A DNA stretch of 64,000 nucleotides from Botryllus schlosseri. Taxonomy: Eukaryota. Shown here in pieces: positions 38,001 through 48,850 of the stretch. Made by a program: the position numbers and the translations under genes. Within the stretch, counting starts at the first letter, position 1; each line of letters opens with the position of its first letter. A model generated the notes under the pieces. It made no database searches, was not told the DNA's origin, and worked only from the letters and a program-made list of their open reading frames with translations. The stretch lies in NCBI GenBank assembly GCA_051294905.1, contig CM119381.1, forward strand, positions 22,506,001 through 22,570,000. The letters run 5' to 3'.

Positions 38001-41000
38001 CTAGTATTCATAAACACACACTCCACATACCGAAATTATGTTGGTTGAACACAATGTGAAATTTACGGTTATGTAAGTAGTAAGCTTGGTCATACGATAA
38101 ATACTTGAAGTGAAGTAGTGACCATGCCAAAAGCTTGGAAAACACCGACGGAGATGATGTCATAGTTACCGGTTCACACCGTAACCGCAAAGCACATTGA
38201 TCCGCTCAATCTAACCTGGCGACGAGGACTTTGCCCGCAAGAAGAATCCGTAGCCGTTCGTGGGGTGCTTCAACATATGCACGACTCTGACTTTTCCCGC
38301 GTTCTCATTCGACCTCGCCTTGACCTTGGTCGATTGCTGCTTGACTTTCGTGGAACTGGACTTCTTCACTGACTTGCTTGAGGACGAGGATGAGTTTCGC
38401 GAGGACGTGGAACCTCGCACCATCTTTTCGGTGATGGGAATGTTGCTGCCGATGTCAAGTATAAGTTGCTGATGGTGTATAAATAATAACTACACTTTAA
38501 ACGTAAATCGAGCATTTTGACGATTTCCAGGAGGGTACAAATAGGGTAATTGCTTTCACACCCGTTGTAATAGGTCAAAACTAGTCAAATGCACCAATTC
38601 TTATTGCGATTTTCAGATGTGGTCAAAGTAGTCACCGTTGCTACTCAAGCAGAAGTGGAAGTAACACACACAAGTAGAAGTAGGAGTGGTGGTTCACAAG
38701 TAAGTAAGTAGGCATTCTACGCTTATTTTTGCCTACAAAACTGAAAACTGTCAAGTAGAAGTACAAGTAGTATAAAATCATAACTACTTGAAAAGTAGTT
38801 TGAGTAGGCAAAATCTACTTCAACTACTTCAAAAAGTAGAAGTACTTCGTTACTGACCACCTCTGGCGATTTTACAGTTGTATGGTATTGCATGGTGAAG
38901 TTTGCAGAATGTCGATCACCCTTAAGTATAGATTTGAGAATTTCTAACGTAAAGTACAATATGAAAATGATATCACGAACGAAATATATTTAAGGTTCTG
39001 TAGTAGCCTACCCTACACCATTCCAAACATACATAAAATGTGGTCTTTATTACATTTACAAGGCTAAGTAAAATCGCGGCACTTAAATTTATGGGGAATC
39101 CCCAATTGTTACAGCTCAAAATGAAGAAAGATGAAATTGACGAGTTACCGAAAAAAGTAGCCAGAATACGTTTTTGTGACACGGGAAACTGACTGAAAAC
39201 GGGACTTATTGAAAGTTTCTCGATTCCGAAAGACCTTATATGCACAGTTCGATTCGTGCAGCAGCCTTCTATCCTAATGTATTTAAATTATAAAATGTGT
39301 AATGCGGTGACTCAGTGAAAACAATGGCTTTTAGATTAGCGTAAGGGTTCGCCAGGTTGGTAAAGGTTAAGGAATGGGTGACATAATATAGTCTAATTCT
39401 GCTCACTTGGTTTTGCAATGATCATAACCACTCTCATCGATAACGAGCAGGCTGACTTTAGTTCCCGACGCCTTTATCAGTTCGACCACTTGCTTGTGTT
39501 GCATTTTCTCGATGTTTTTCTTTCCGACCGCTATAAGTCTGTCGCCTTGCTTCAGGCCAGTGCCGTCTGATGCACCTCCCTCGGTCACATTTTTGATAAA
39601 GTCCCCTGGGACAAAAATTTAGAATGTCTCAGTTTTTAGCGATTGCATCGTTAAACCGAGAGGTGGTCAGCATCAGTAACGAATAACTTCTAGTATACTA
39701 TAGTAAGGTTGGCCATTTCACAACTAACTCAAGTATAGTTCTGTCTTAGACTATTTCCACTTCAATTTTTAGGCAAAGCAACTTACTTTTCACACTTTGG
39801 CTTTTGTAATGTAGAGAATTATGCGACCACTCGATCCAATCGACATTTTAAAACTATTTACATGTGCAGTTTTCGAATTTTCATTTTCTGTTTCAACTTG
39901 GAGTTATGACACGTTATGGAAATCGCCACTTTTCTAGTAAGTGAGTAGAAATCCACGCCGTTACTTCTACTTCTACTATAATACCAACGCTAATTACTTT
40001 GATTTCGTTTCAAATCCATATTTATAAGCTCAATACGATAGATCACCAACCTTTCGTGGACTAGAAGTCGGTAGAACAGGCTCATGTTATCGAGCGCTCT
40101 AATAAATAAATTTCTAGATTGCATAATATGGTGAGTAAAGAACAATCGAACTCATTCCTAGAATGAAGAAAATACACGATATTAAGTGACGCGAATTGTA
40201 GATTTCCTAAATAATCCAGTATGTATTGTTACAGCAAGCATATCGAAGTCAAAATGCGAAATTAACTATCACCTTTGGAATCTCTTTCCAAAAAGAACCC
40301 GAACGAGTTATTCTTCTTCTTGATTTTACAAAGTCGCGGTCGAGGTTCGACTTTAGAAGATTGCCGAACAGGTCGCTCTGTTCTGAACAAACACGTGAAT
40401 TTCAGCATAGAGTGACATATTATTTGGGGCGAATAGGCGAAACTAGGAAAGGTCTTCTGTTTACGAAACATTTACAGCGGAGAGATCATCATTCATCAAA
40501 TGAGTGTTGCCATAGAGGCGTATATTCAAGAAAGAAAATAATCTGCACAGGTCAAGTTCAATAGCATACATACGTCACAGCGCCGTCATTTGCTGGTACC
40601 CCGCGCTACACTGGAATAAGCTGTGAAGTTCATATAACGGGAGAGATAACAGGATTATGAAAAATTATGTTATATCATACTGCAATTAGCGTGGCATTTA
40701 AACCAAAAATCAATTTACAACAAACATGTTTAAGACATGTTTTTTACGTTTTTTATTGTTGATTTCTTCGTCATGACGTCATCAATCTTTAAGTGCTACG
40801 TCGCAGTAGATTAGCATAGAAAAATTGAAAATATAGGGTAAATTATGGCTCCTTTGACCAAAAAGGCTTCCGACTCTAGTCATAAAAGGACCAAAAATAT
40901 CTTTAACTTGGACTTCATCGCTATGCAGCATTTTTACGGTCGGCGGTCATCATCATCAGAACACCCATTCCGTACCAATGATCTACATCTACGTACTAAA

Positions 41001-44000
41001 ACTGTTGAGCCGACGACGATTTCGAGTGTTCCAACCATGCCACGTCGTATACGTCGACAAGATTGGGCTCAAATCGGCCATAGGATCATATTACATATTT
41101 TTCGAAAGTATTTACAGAATAATGGCATGATTATACGTTTGAAAAAAAACATTTTTTTTATGAAGGCATTTTTTAATACAATGTATAAAAATGATGTTTT
41201 AAACAAAGTGTTTTAAAACACAATTTGTGTACAATGCAGCCCTAACTGTAATGTTGATATTTATTTTGGGTATCGTCAACACCATGTCTCTATAATGGTA
41301 ATAACTGAATTAACTAATCGTATTATAAGATTGTTATACTTGAAGGACGAAACAACAATGGCTGTTTGCCATGTTCAAATACGTTTACTCAGGTGAACTC
41401 TTAAATATTTTAGAATGATGTTAGCGCACCAGGAGTAGGCCTAGCCTTCACAGGAACAACGCACTACATATTGTTAAATGAAAGAAATAATCACAATACG
41501 ACGTAAGCCTCCACTGTACAAACAGAGTATGGATTCCAGCCACATCAGATAATTCACTTGGATTACCTGGATAGACAAATTACAATGCTCTTCATCATTC
41601 TTATGCTACATCCCGGTATATCTGACCACGCGCTTAAGACCTACTACGACGAGCATCACAATTTACAACAAATCGACTGTATCCGCTGATGACACTGGTG
41701 ATAATATTTTAATCTGCCGTGACAAGTATTAAAATTCGAATAGAATGGATGAGTGCGTTATTTACATCAGAAATACCTTCCAATGTCAAAACAGTACAGG
41801 CAAGGTTCATAGGTATACCAGTATGCATTGATGCGCGTTATAGACACCGATATACGTCGCTTTACATTGAACATAATCAAGCGAATATGATAATCGCATA
41901 TAATATGTGCTAAATAGGAATGGTGGAAACCATACTTACTGTACAAGATTACTGTACACTACAGCGTACACGCTTTATCAATCATTGTAGAATACTGATT
42001 ACTGACCTAACAATGACATACACTAAGCTGATACAGGCCTCGTCGCTACAAACTACATCCAACCATGGCTTTATCAGCGAGATAGCTTGTTGCTAGAAAT
42101 TTGCGATCTGCAACCCGAAACGATGAGTAATGCGATAGTAATAGTTACATTCGTACCGGAAGTCGAATATAATTCACGAACAAAAGATTGATCAACGACT
42201 TACTTTGGAGTGTTGGGGTCATTTTCTTTGTCTACCACGACGAATGCAATTTCATTCTTGGGAATGCATTGGCGAATGAGTTCTACGATTTGATTATGGT
42301 CCTTCCCTTCAACGTTACTTTCGTTGATTTCAATAATGCGGTCACCGTCCTTCAGGCCACCCCTATTGGCCGGACCGCCTTTGGTCACTGAAGTGATTAT
42401 CTGAATGAATGAACGGAGAAAATGTCATATAAGTGATTCGCGGGTTCTTTTGCATCAGCGAAGATCCGTATTGGCCTCTTGCAGTGGTTCTCAACCACCC
42501 GTCTGACTAAAATATTAGTATTTTATATCTCAATTCCAAGAAGTTCGATGCTTGTCCATTAATTAGAGGAATCAAATTCTAAATTGATGCAGAAGTTTGG
42601 AACGTATTTTTGCATGATGTCGTAATAGAGAATTCGTGGACGACTTTGGGCGTACGTCACAAAGGTGCAAGTGTTGTACAAAACTTTTCAAGAGTATCAT
42701 ACAACCCGTTTCGGACACGTTATCAGTGAAAGCTACGAAAACTGTCAAATTCCGACAATGCAATTAAGCGACACATGGCAATAGAAAAGAGGATATATAG
42801 CAATCAGTAAAGTCAATTTCTTTCAAAGGATAGGGAGCAATCGTAATCAAGTTAATGGTCCTTGAAGACTTCGTAAATTTCTCCTTGCAGAAATTTCTGT
42901 AGAACCACGCACAAATATATATAAGGCAGCATTAAATGAAGTTTTCAGGGTTAAATATGAGTTGAATACATTTATAGGGACTAAATTTAGGGTTCATTTT
43001 GATTTTCAAACTTTCACCAGCCTGCAACATTTGTTTTGAAGTTTTACCGGTCCGCGAGATCAACAAGGTTGAGAACCACCACTAGAGTCTACTGGTGGAT
43101 CGTTAGTACTCAAATATCCGATTGAAGCCAGGACAATAATTTTACATTGGCATATCTAATGCAAAAGATAGCATTATATCTGTTCAGTGCAGTGTATAAC
43201 AAAAAAACAAAACACCTCAAGATTGCAATGTTATAAAAAGTAATTTAATAGACTGAGAAAAGTCTGTAAATAAAACTCTCCATTCCCATCTCTTAAACAG
43301 AGTAAGAAAATTAGATAATACATTGATTTACGGACTGAGGACTTGAGATTCGTATATAGAGAATCTCAGCTGACTCCTGTTGCCAAAGTTCCTCCCTTCT
43401 TATACTGTTGGGAACAGCATAATGGCACAGTTTGTAAGCATCCATTGCATGTTCATTGTTCGTATTGAAAAGTATCCTCGTTAATATAACTTTGACACTA
43501 CTCCCTGATGGACTTCCAAAATGTATGCCGGGTCTTGAATTTTATTTTTGTAGCTAAATATTACGTCATCTAGCTTGAGAATGATTATATGCCTTGTGCA
43601 GAACGTGATACTTGAAGGGTCATAAACCCTGCTGAAATTTCAAATGCCGAAGTAAATACCAGCTTCGCGATCAAACTCTGGGATGTTCAGGTCTGTCCGC
43701 TTGTCTCTTTACCCGTTCTAGAATAGACTAGGGTTACCATATTTTCGGAACACAAATTCCGGACGCTCTTTATCGCCCACTAGCGGATTTCAAAATGAGG
43801 TATTAGCACATTGTGGGTCAATATGACGTCACACTGGTAAAGCTTTGTCTATCGACTAGAGGTGGTCACGATCCGGTTCAGCTTCAAGAGTGTGTGGTTG
43901 TGTGTTGTAAGTTGTAACCAGGGCCGAAGCCACATTTTCCAGCCCACTCCCGCCCAAATAAACACTGATCTTGAGCCGATCGTAGGGTAAGCGATGCAAA

Positions 44001-45155
44001 ATCTGAGGGCTTACTATATGCATCTGGTCGTTAAATGATTTGAATGAATTATGTCAATAAGCATATGCCGATGGGCAAGGAAGGTGCAGATATAGCCTTC
44101 TACGGCTATCGTCCTGCACCACCCCTCCATACTATCACAATGCGCCAAGCGGGGAAGTCGTGGATACCAGCGTTACCATTCAGGTCTTTGGCCTGACCCG
44201 GCCGGGAATCGAACCCACGACTTACCGACCAAGAAGCCAGACGCTTCACCATTACGCTATCTTGTCGGTTTACGCTATTTTGTAAATCGTTAAGTCATAT
44301 ATGTCCAAACAGCCTAAACCGACTCCATGAATATACCGTTATCTTGTAATTGCGATTACAATTAAACTTATTTCTGTAACCTAATGTTATTTTTGTTTAT
44401 TTTTGATCACAGTTTTTGCGAGGGTGGTAGCCCCCATATTAAAATCAATATATGTGTTACTAAATCGCGCGCAGCGCGAAGAAAAATTTCATGTAGCATC
44501 AATCTGCCCAAAAATAATAATATTTATATGTTGATTTAGGAAAAAATTATGAGCTTTACTTCAAAATTCCGGACATTTAGGCATATTTTAGAAATTCCTC
44601 CCGGACACAGTTTTAACAGTGAAATTCCGGACATGTCCGGGAAATTCCGGACGTATGGCAACCCTAGAATAGACCCGTTTCTATTTTCTTGCAATACATA
44701 GTTGTAGGCATATGTGAATGCGTAATGTCAACTAATGCAAACAATTAAAATTTCCCTCCCCACTTCGTAGATTTTCCCGGCTGTATTCTCGAACAATTAT
44801 TAGAGAAGACGGGGCCTACGATAAGTTATCGTAGGTCCCGGACAAGACGTGCACGTGCACGTGCACGCGCGTCTAATACGTTACTGACGTTTCATGTGAC
44901 GTCACATCACATATGATCGTAGTTACGCTATGAGATCGTAATCGGATTGATATTTTAACTTGGAGACACCGGGGGAAATGTATCAATAGTTACCCGAATT
45001 GAATTCTGCAGTCACATTTTTATTGAGAGATTGAGAGATTCTGCGGTAGAACATACCTGTCCTTTACGCACTTCGTCTGAAGTCAAGAAAAATTCGAATT
45101 CCTCCGACTCTTTCTTGACGACTTTGCACTTTCGTGAGCCGCTCAACCCACTCAT
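20065..45155 (-). CDS. NHERF/PDZK1-family multi-PDZ scaffold with 6 PDZ domains plus acidic and Pro-rich tail (1199 aa)
   Basis: Exons 45155-45057, 42400-42204, 40382-40273, 39605-39407, 38445-38216, 35988-35805, 34299-34173, 31003-30861, 29565-29349, 28757-28569, 27988-27868, 27749-27505, 27004-26896, 24396-23970, 23525-23218, 21592-21485, 20651-20065. All GT-AG with matching phases; total 3600 nt. NHERF-type motifs RPRLC...GYGFxL, GLxxGDRI.xVNG, H..VV. Confidence 0.92.
21940..22140. repeat. Small hairpin element family (also ~23550-23620, 34860-35240, 59545-59650)
   Basis: CTGACACTCRTCA(G/C)GGGTAATCG ... CGATTACCCCTGACGARTGTCAG inverted arms and a shared GAGGTACAGAACTTCAATATAC block. Confidence 0.7.
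22167..22737. mobile_element. hAT-type MITE family C (571 bp), GACTCGAGTC-rich
   Basis: TIR CAGGGTTGTAA / TTACAACCTTG, perfect TSD CAATATAC; inverted relative to 51615-52183. Confidence 0.92.
24985..25200 (-). mobile_element. Probable LINE 3' end with (TGAAC/TGAA) tail
   Basis: TTCATTCAGTTCAGTTC tail plus a CCACAAGATTG block shared with the 48590-48850 LINE end. Confidence 0.45.
25940..26150 (+). mobile_element. Possible tRNA-derived SINE remnant
   Basis: B-box GGTTCAATTCC at 25992-26002; no cloverleaf. Confidence 0.4.
26188..26702. mobile_element. hAT-type MITE family D (515 bp)
   Basis: TIR TAGGGCTGGGCA / TGCCCAGCCCTA, TCGAGT-rich subtermini, perfect TSD AACAATTG. Confidence 0.92.
30078..30630. 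mobile_element. MITE family A, reverse orientation
   Basis: TAGGGTTGCATTT...AAATGCAACCATA; TSD ATTGTAGC / GTTGTAGC. Confidence 0.9.
36662..37702. mobile_element. hAT-type element family B (1041 bp)
   Basis: TIR CAGTGGTCGGGAACC / GGTTCCCGACCACTG, perfect TSD CTATAGTA. Confidence 0.93.
40687..41244. mobile_element. MITE family A
   Basis: TAGCGTGGCATTT...AATGCAGCCCTA; TSD ACTGCAAT / ACTGTAAT. Confidence 0.88.
42482..43080. mobile_element. Degenerate hAT-like element
   Basis: Termini CAGTGGTTCTCAACC / GGTTGAGAACCAC. Confidence 0.55.
43190..43700 (-). mobile_element. Degraded LINE ORF2 3' fragment
   Basis: [16 protein letters not shown] and PNSIRRE-like residues resemble the CR1/Crack ORF2 C-terminus; many stops. 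Confidence 0.35.
43729..44666. mobile_element. hAT-type MITE (938 bp including a nested SINE)
   Basis: TIR TAGGGTTACCATA / TATGGCAACCCTA, TCCGGAC subterminal repeats, perfect TSD GAATAGAC. Confidence 0.93.
43890..44270 (-). mobile_element. tRNA-derived SINE
   Basis: A-box TAGCGTAATGG (44259-44249) and B-box GGTTCGATTCCC (44215-44204) at tRNA spacing, then ~300 bp of non-tRNA body and a CA-rich tail. Confidence 0.8.
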
Positions 45156-45949
45156 TTTTACACTAGGATATCACGAATCAAAAGGAAAACAGTAAAAAAT
45201 ACATTGATTAGTTTGACAGCAGACAGCGCATCTCGGTATAACTATACCTAACGTACCAAGGGAAGGTACCACCATACGTTATCTCGCCACATGCGGATTG
45301 TGTATCCGTCCAAATTCGATTAAGCACAATAACATATACACATAAGCAACACGCGTTGATATCGAATATCCGTAGTGAACACATAGCGACGTATTCATAT
45401 TGTAAAGGTTCTATAGCCGATATTGACCGCTCATATATTCGTAATCCTTATACCTTCTCTGCATCGTGAAAACTGTTATCTATAAACGTCCTCCATTTCT
45501 GATTCTAGGTCCGCAATTTAACTGTCCCTGAGGTGGTTCTGTGCGTGAGCTTCACTCTTGCTAGCTACAGGGATATATTCCTGTCACTTTTGCCTCAATG
45601 AATTGCCCTGCAATATACTTTTTACGATATGTATTTTCTGGATAATTCAACACCAACTCGGGCTTTTGACCTGTGTACTCTGTTGCAGATGCGTATTGTG
45701 CAGAGTGCAGCAACGAAAATCATCGTATACACACTGTGTTGCCGAACGCAGATAAACGCTTCATCACACCTGGATTAATTATTATATCTTACATCAGTGT
45801 AAAGTAAATAAGGTTAGCGCCTGATACCAACACTTCAAATTAATGGGAAATTAATCTCGACAGACAGGCTAACAACCGCCCCGAGTATATTAGTTTTTTA
45901 TTACACCGTATTCGTAGATTATTGACTAATGTACTCGAAGAGGTCTTCA

Positions 45950-47850
45950 TACCGCATCGCATAGGCTGAGAGGATAAACACAGATACCTTTCTTATGGGC
46001 CATCCCACGAATGGGTTGTGGACTAAATCACATCACGTATACCCAGTAAATTCGTACATGAATGCTACTGCGCGAGCAAATACATACCGTACATAAATAA
46101 CGCATATTCCATCGACTACAGACAGGACACCCTTTAACGCTAATGCCAAAATTCCCAAACACCAATGAAGTAATAGCCATAGGTGATCACTGGTTATTGG
46201 TCATAAGTGTACAACAGCGTTAGCGGTATCTATTCCATATGTATTATGCGAATGAAATAGTACAAAGGGACCACTGTCTTACCCCTATTGTCGATAAGAA
46301 ACAGCGTGAAAGGATGATGTGCTGGTAGAACTATGCGAAACGTTTTGAAAATAATCGAGATTATGTTAGGCCAATCACCAACCGTGTTGGAAGGTTTGTA
46401 CAATGTGTACATAATGCAGAGCATTCAATGTACTCATCTCAAAAACGTTTGGCGTTTATTAATGTGACAACCGATCGGTCCTGGCTGGATCAAATTTACC
46501 GTATACATCATAAAACGCTTTGTGACAACACGTTTTGTGACAACAAGCAAATACTAGACACAGCTCAAGCTCATAGCCAAATAGGCCTTATTCACCTCGC
46601 TACATTGCTGCATCTTAACTATACCAATATGAATATGAAATATAAAACTGTCGCAACAGCGCAACCACTGATTACAGCAATATTGTTGACGAGAAGTCAC
46701 TCTTCACTCCTCCGACAAGATTGTGATTTGTGATATAGCATCGATCGTATAGAGAAGATCACACCAGGCATCCCATTGAACCACTCAGGCATTATATTGA
46801 ATCAAACCTGCGTCTGCGACAAGAATTGTGACTGTTGGGAAATTAATAACGGGATATATGCCCAGTTGCCCACGAAAGTGAAGACCCCGCTTAGGTCAAG
46901 TAGTAAGGAGCAACGTCATAGACATGACTTTGCCAACGACATTGGACATGTCATTTGTTAACGTCTAATGAACGTAGGCATTGCATCAACTCCATGCACC
47001 TGCACTCGTGGAAGGGTTTGGATTAACAGAACTATTATACAGCTTTGAATTATCAATCGGACTCATAGGTTATGCGGACAACGACCTGTAAACCCGTTTT
47101 ACAACAATAAAAGCAAACATGGACAGTCAGCAAAATCGCTGTACCAACATAAAGTTCAAAAAAACTGCAGCGGATTGTCAACATTGATCCTTCGCGATCG
47201 CTTGAGCGCTAAAGTGATGGATGGGATTGAACAATATAGGGATTGCGGAGCCCGTTCTCATCAAACAAACTCGACTGCTGCTACTTACAATGGATCATGA
47301 CATCCGAATTGTTAGTTTGGACATGATACTACCGGCTGGATGGTGCAACATTCCGATTGATGGATGAAGTTGCCTTTCAATTCTACTAATATATTTTCGG
47401 GTTGCGCAAGACCAGCTATTATATCTCGTTTTACGGAGTATTGCAGCGTTTGGAATAGTAAGGCAAGAGCCACTGAACCGCAAGGCAATTCTATGGCATC
47501 GCCTGGTCTTTTTCAAGTACATTTCAGCCCCCTACATATGATGCTCGGGGCACTTACTCTGCCACTCTCAGATCCCTCCAATATTACAAAATATGCTGCA
47601 GCAGCATCACTTCGCGCATTTCTGCCATATTTCTATCTCTTGACAAAGCATTCGTCAGTGTTAAGATTGCAGATGGATAAGAAAGGAATTTATTCTCTAA
47701 AGTGTGCTTCCCTACAACAGTGGAATCGCGCATCCTACCACTTAAGTACCTCTTCGCTGCCTAACCTCTACTGTCCGAATGACACTCGCCATATTTCTTA
47801 CCATCTCCATAAACCCACCATCATTCAGTGCTTACACACATTTCCGCTCT
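45950..47850 (+). mobile_element. Heavily degraded LINE reverse-transcriptase remnant
   Basis: IGYADND (~47067, YADD-like) and RPAIISRFTEYCSVWNS (post-RT RPxLEYCSxVW-like); many stops. Boundaries approximate. Confidence 0.5.
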
Positions 47851-48588
47851 TTTGATGAGTACGAGTCATATATCAAGTTATGGTAAGGCTCTAATTCCGT
47901 AGCGTTCTCTTTTATAGCGACAGGTAGTCAATGTTTACCCCGAGCAAATATTCGCAACGTGATGAGTACCCTATAAGATATTTCGCCTCATGTTTCGACG
48001 CATCATACATCATGCTGGTATGAATGGTGAAATGTTCAATTTATGCTCCCAAAGTCGGTTCAGAAGTTTTTATCATCAAAAGAATTTCGATTAGTAAATA
48101 TTAGTTTATATATTACGGCGCTCATGTGTACGAAATGTGAAAAACCTGAGGTGCCGAATCCGATTAAAAGACATATAATACTTGGTATATCTGTGTATTG
48201 ATTCAGTCCGAACCACCTATCCCTGCCTAACGCATCCACATATATATATGCTGGAACTTCTTAAAATTGACTCCATATGATATTACTCACAAAAAACTGA
48301 TAACAAACATGATAATATTGTGTAGCCTACTTGTTGACTTAGCTCGGAACACCGTGATTTATGTTAAATGAACATCTTATTAATTCTCGCAACTTGGAAG
48401 TGACAAACTAGAAGGCCAACAATTAATAAAGAAATAATAAATCGGCGTACTTTGTACATGAATGTACCACCCACTCCATAGATGTTTATTGTATAGCCTA
48501 AGTTTCTAGGAATTATCATCAGTCAACCGTGACCATAATAATATCCACCGTCCGACTGTAATCCGAGCACATAAATCGGAATGCTATG

Positions 48589-48635
<47 letters not shown>

Positions 48636-48850
48636 TTCATCAGTTTATTTACAGTTTTATCCTTTGAAAAACGCCACAAGATTGTGATTAGATGAAAAGA
48701 TAGGATGGCGTCAAAACGGATTGGAGTATAGTCTTTGAAATCATACACCTATACCCGGGCCTAGAGGATGTAGAGCAGAGGCATGCACAATTACACTGCA
48801 CACTGAATTAAAAGCAACAGAATATATAAAGGCAAGCAATTAATTGAAAT
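48589..48850 (-). repeat. (CAT)n microsatellite (~48589-48642), probably the (ATG)n tail of a minus-strand LINE 3' end
   Basis: About 15 perfect TCA units directly followed by GTTTATT (AATAAAC on the minus strand). Confidence 0.7.

Larger units (their letters stand above)
20780..40000. repeat. Dispersed AAGTAGAAGTA-rich element family: fragments at ~20780-21080, 27170-27310, 29640-29915, 31540-31720, 38630-38866, 39660-40000
   Basis: Shared AAGTAGAAGTA(A/C) blocks and terminus AAGTACTTCGTTACTGACCACCTCTG / GAGGTGGTCAG. The span given is an envelope, not one feature. Confidence 0.65.

Noticed and set aside
44195-44270. tRNA gene
   Set aside because: A and B boxes are present, but there is no acceptor-stem closure and the sequence continues into a ~300-bp body and tail, so it is a SINE head.
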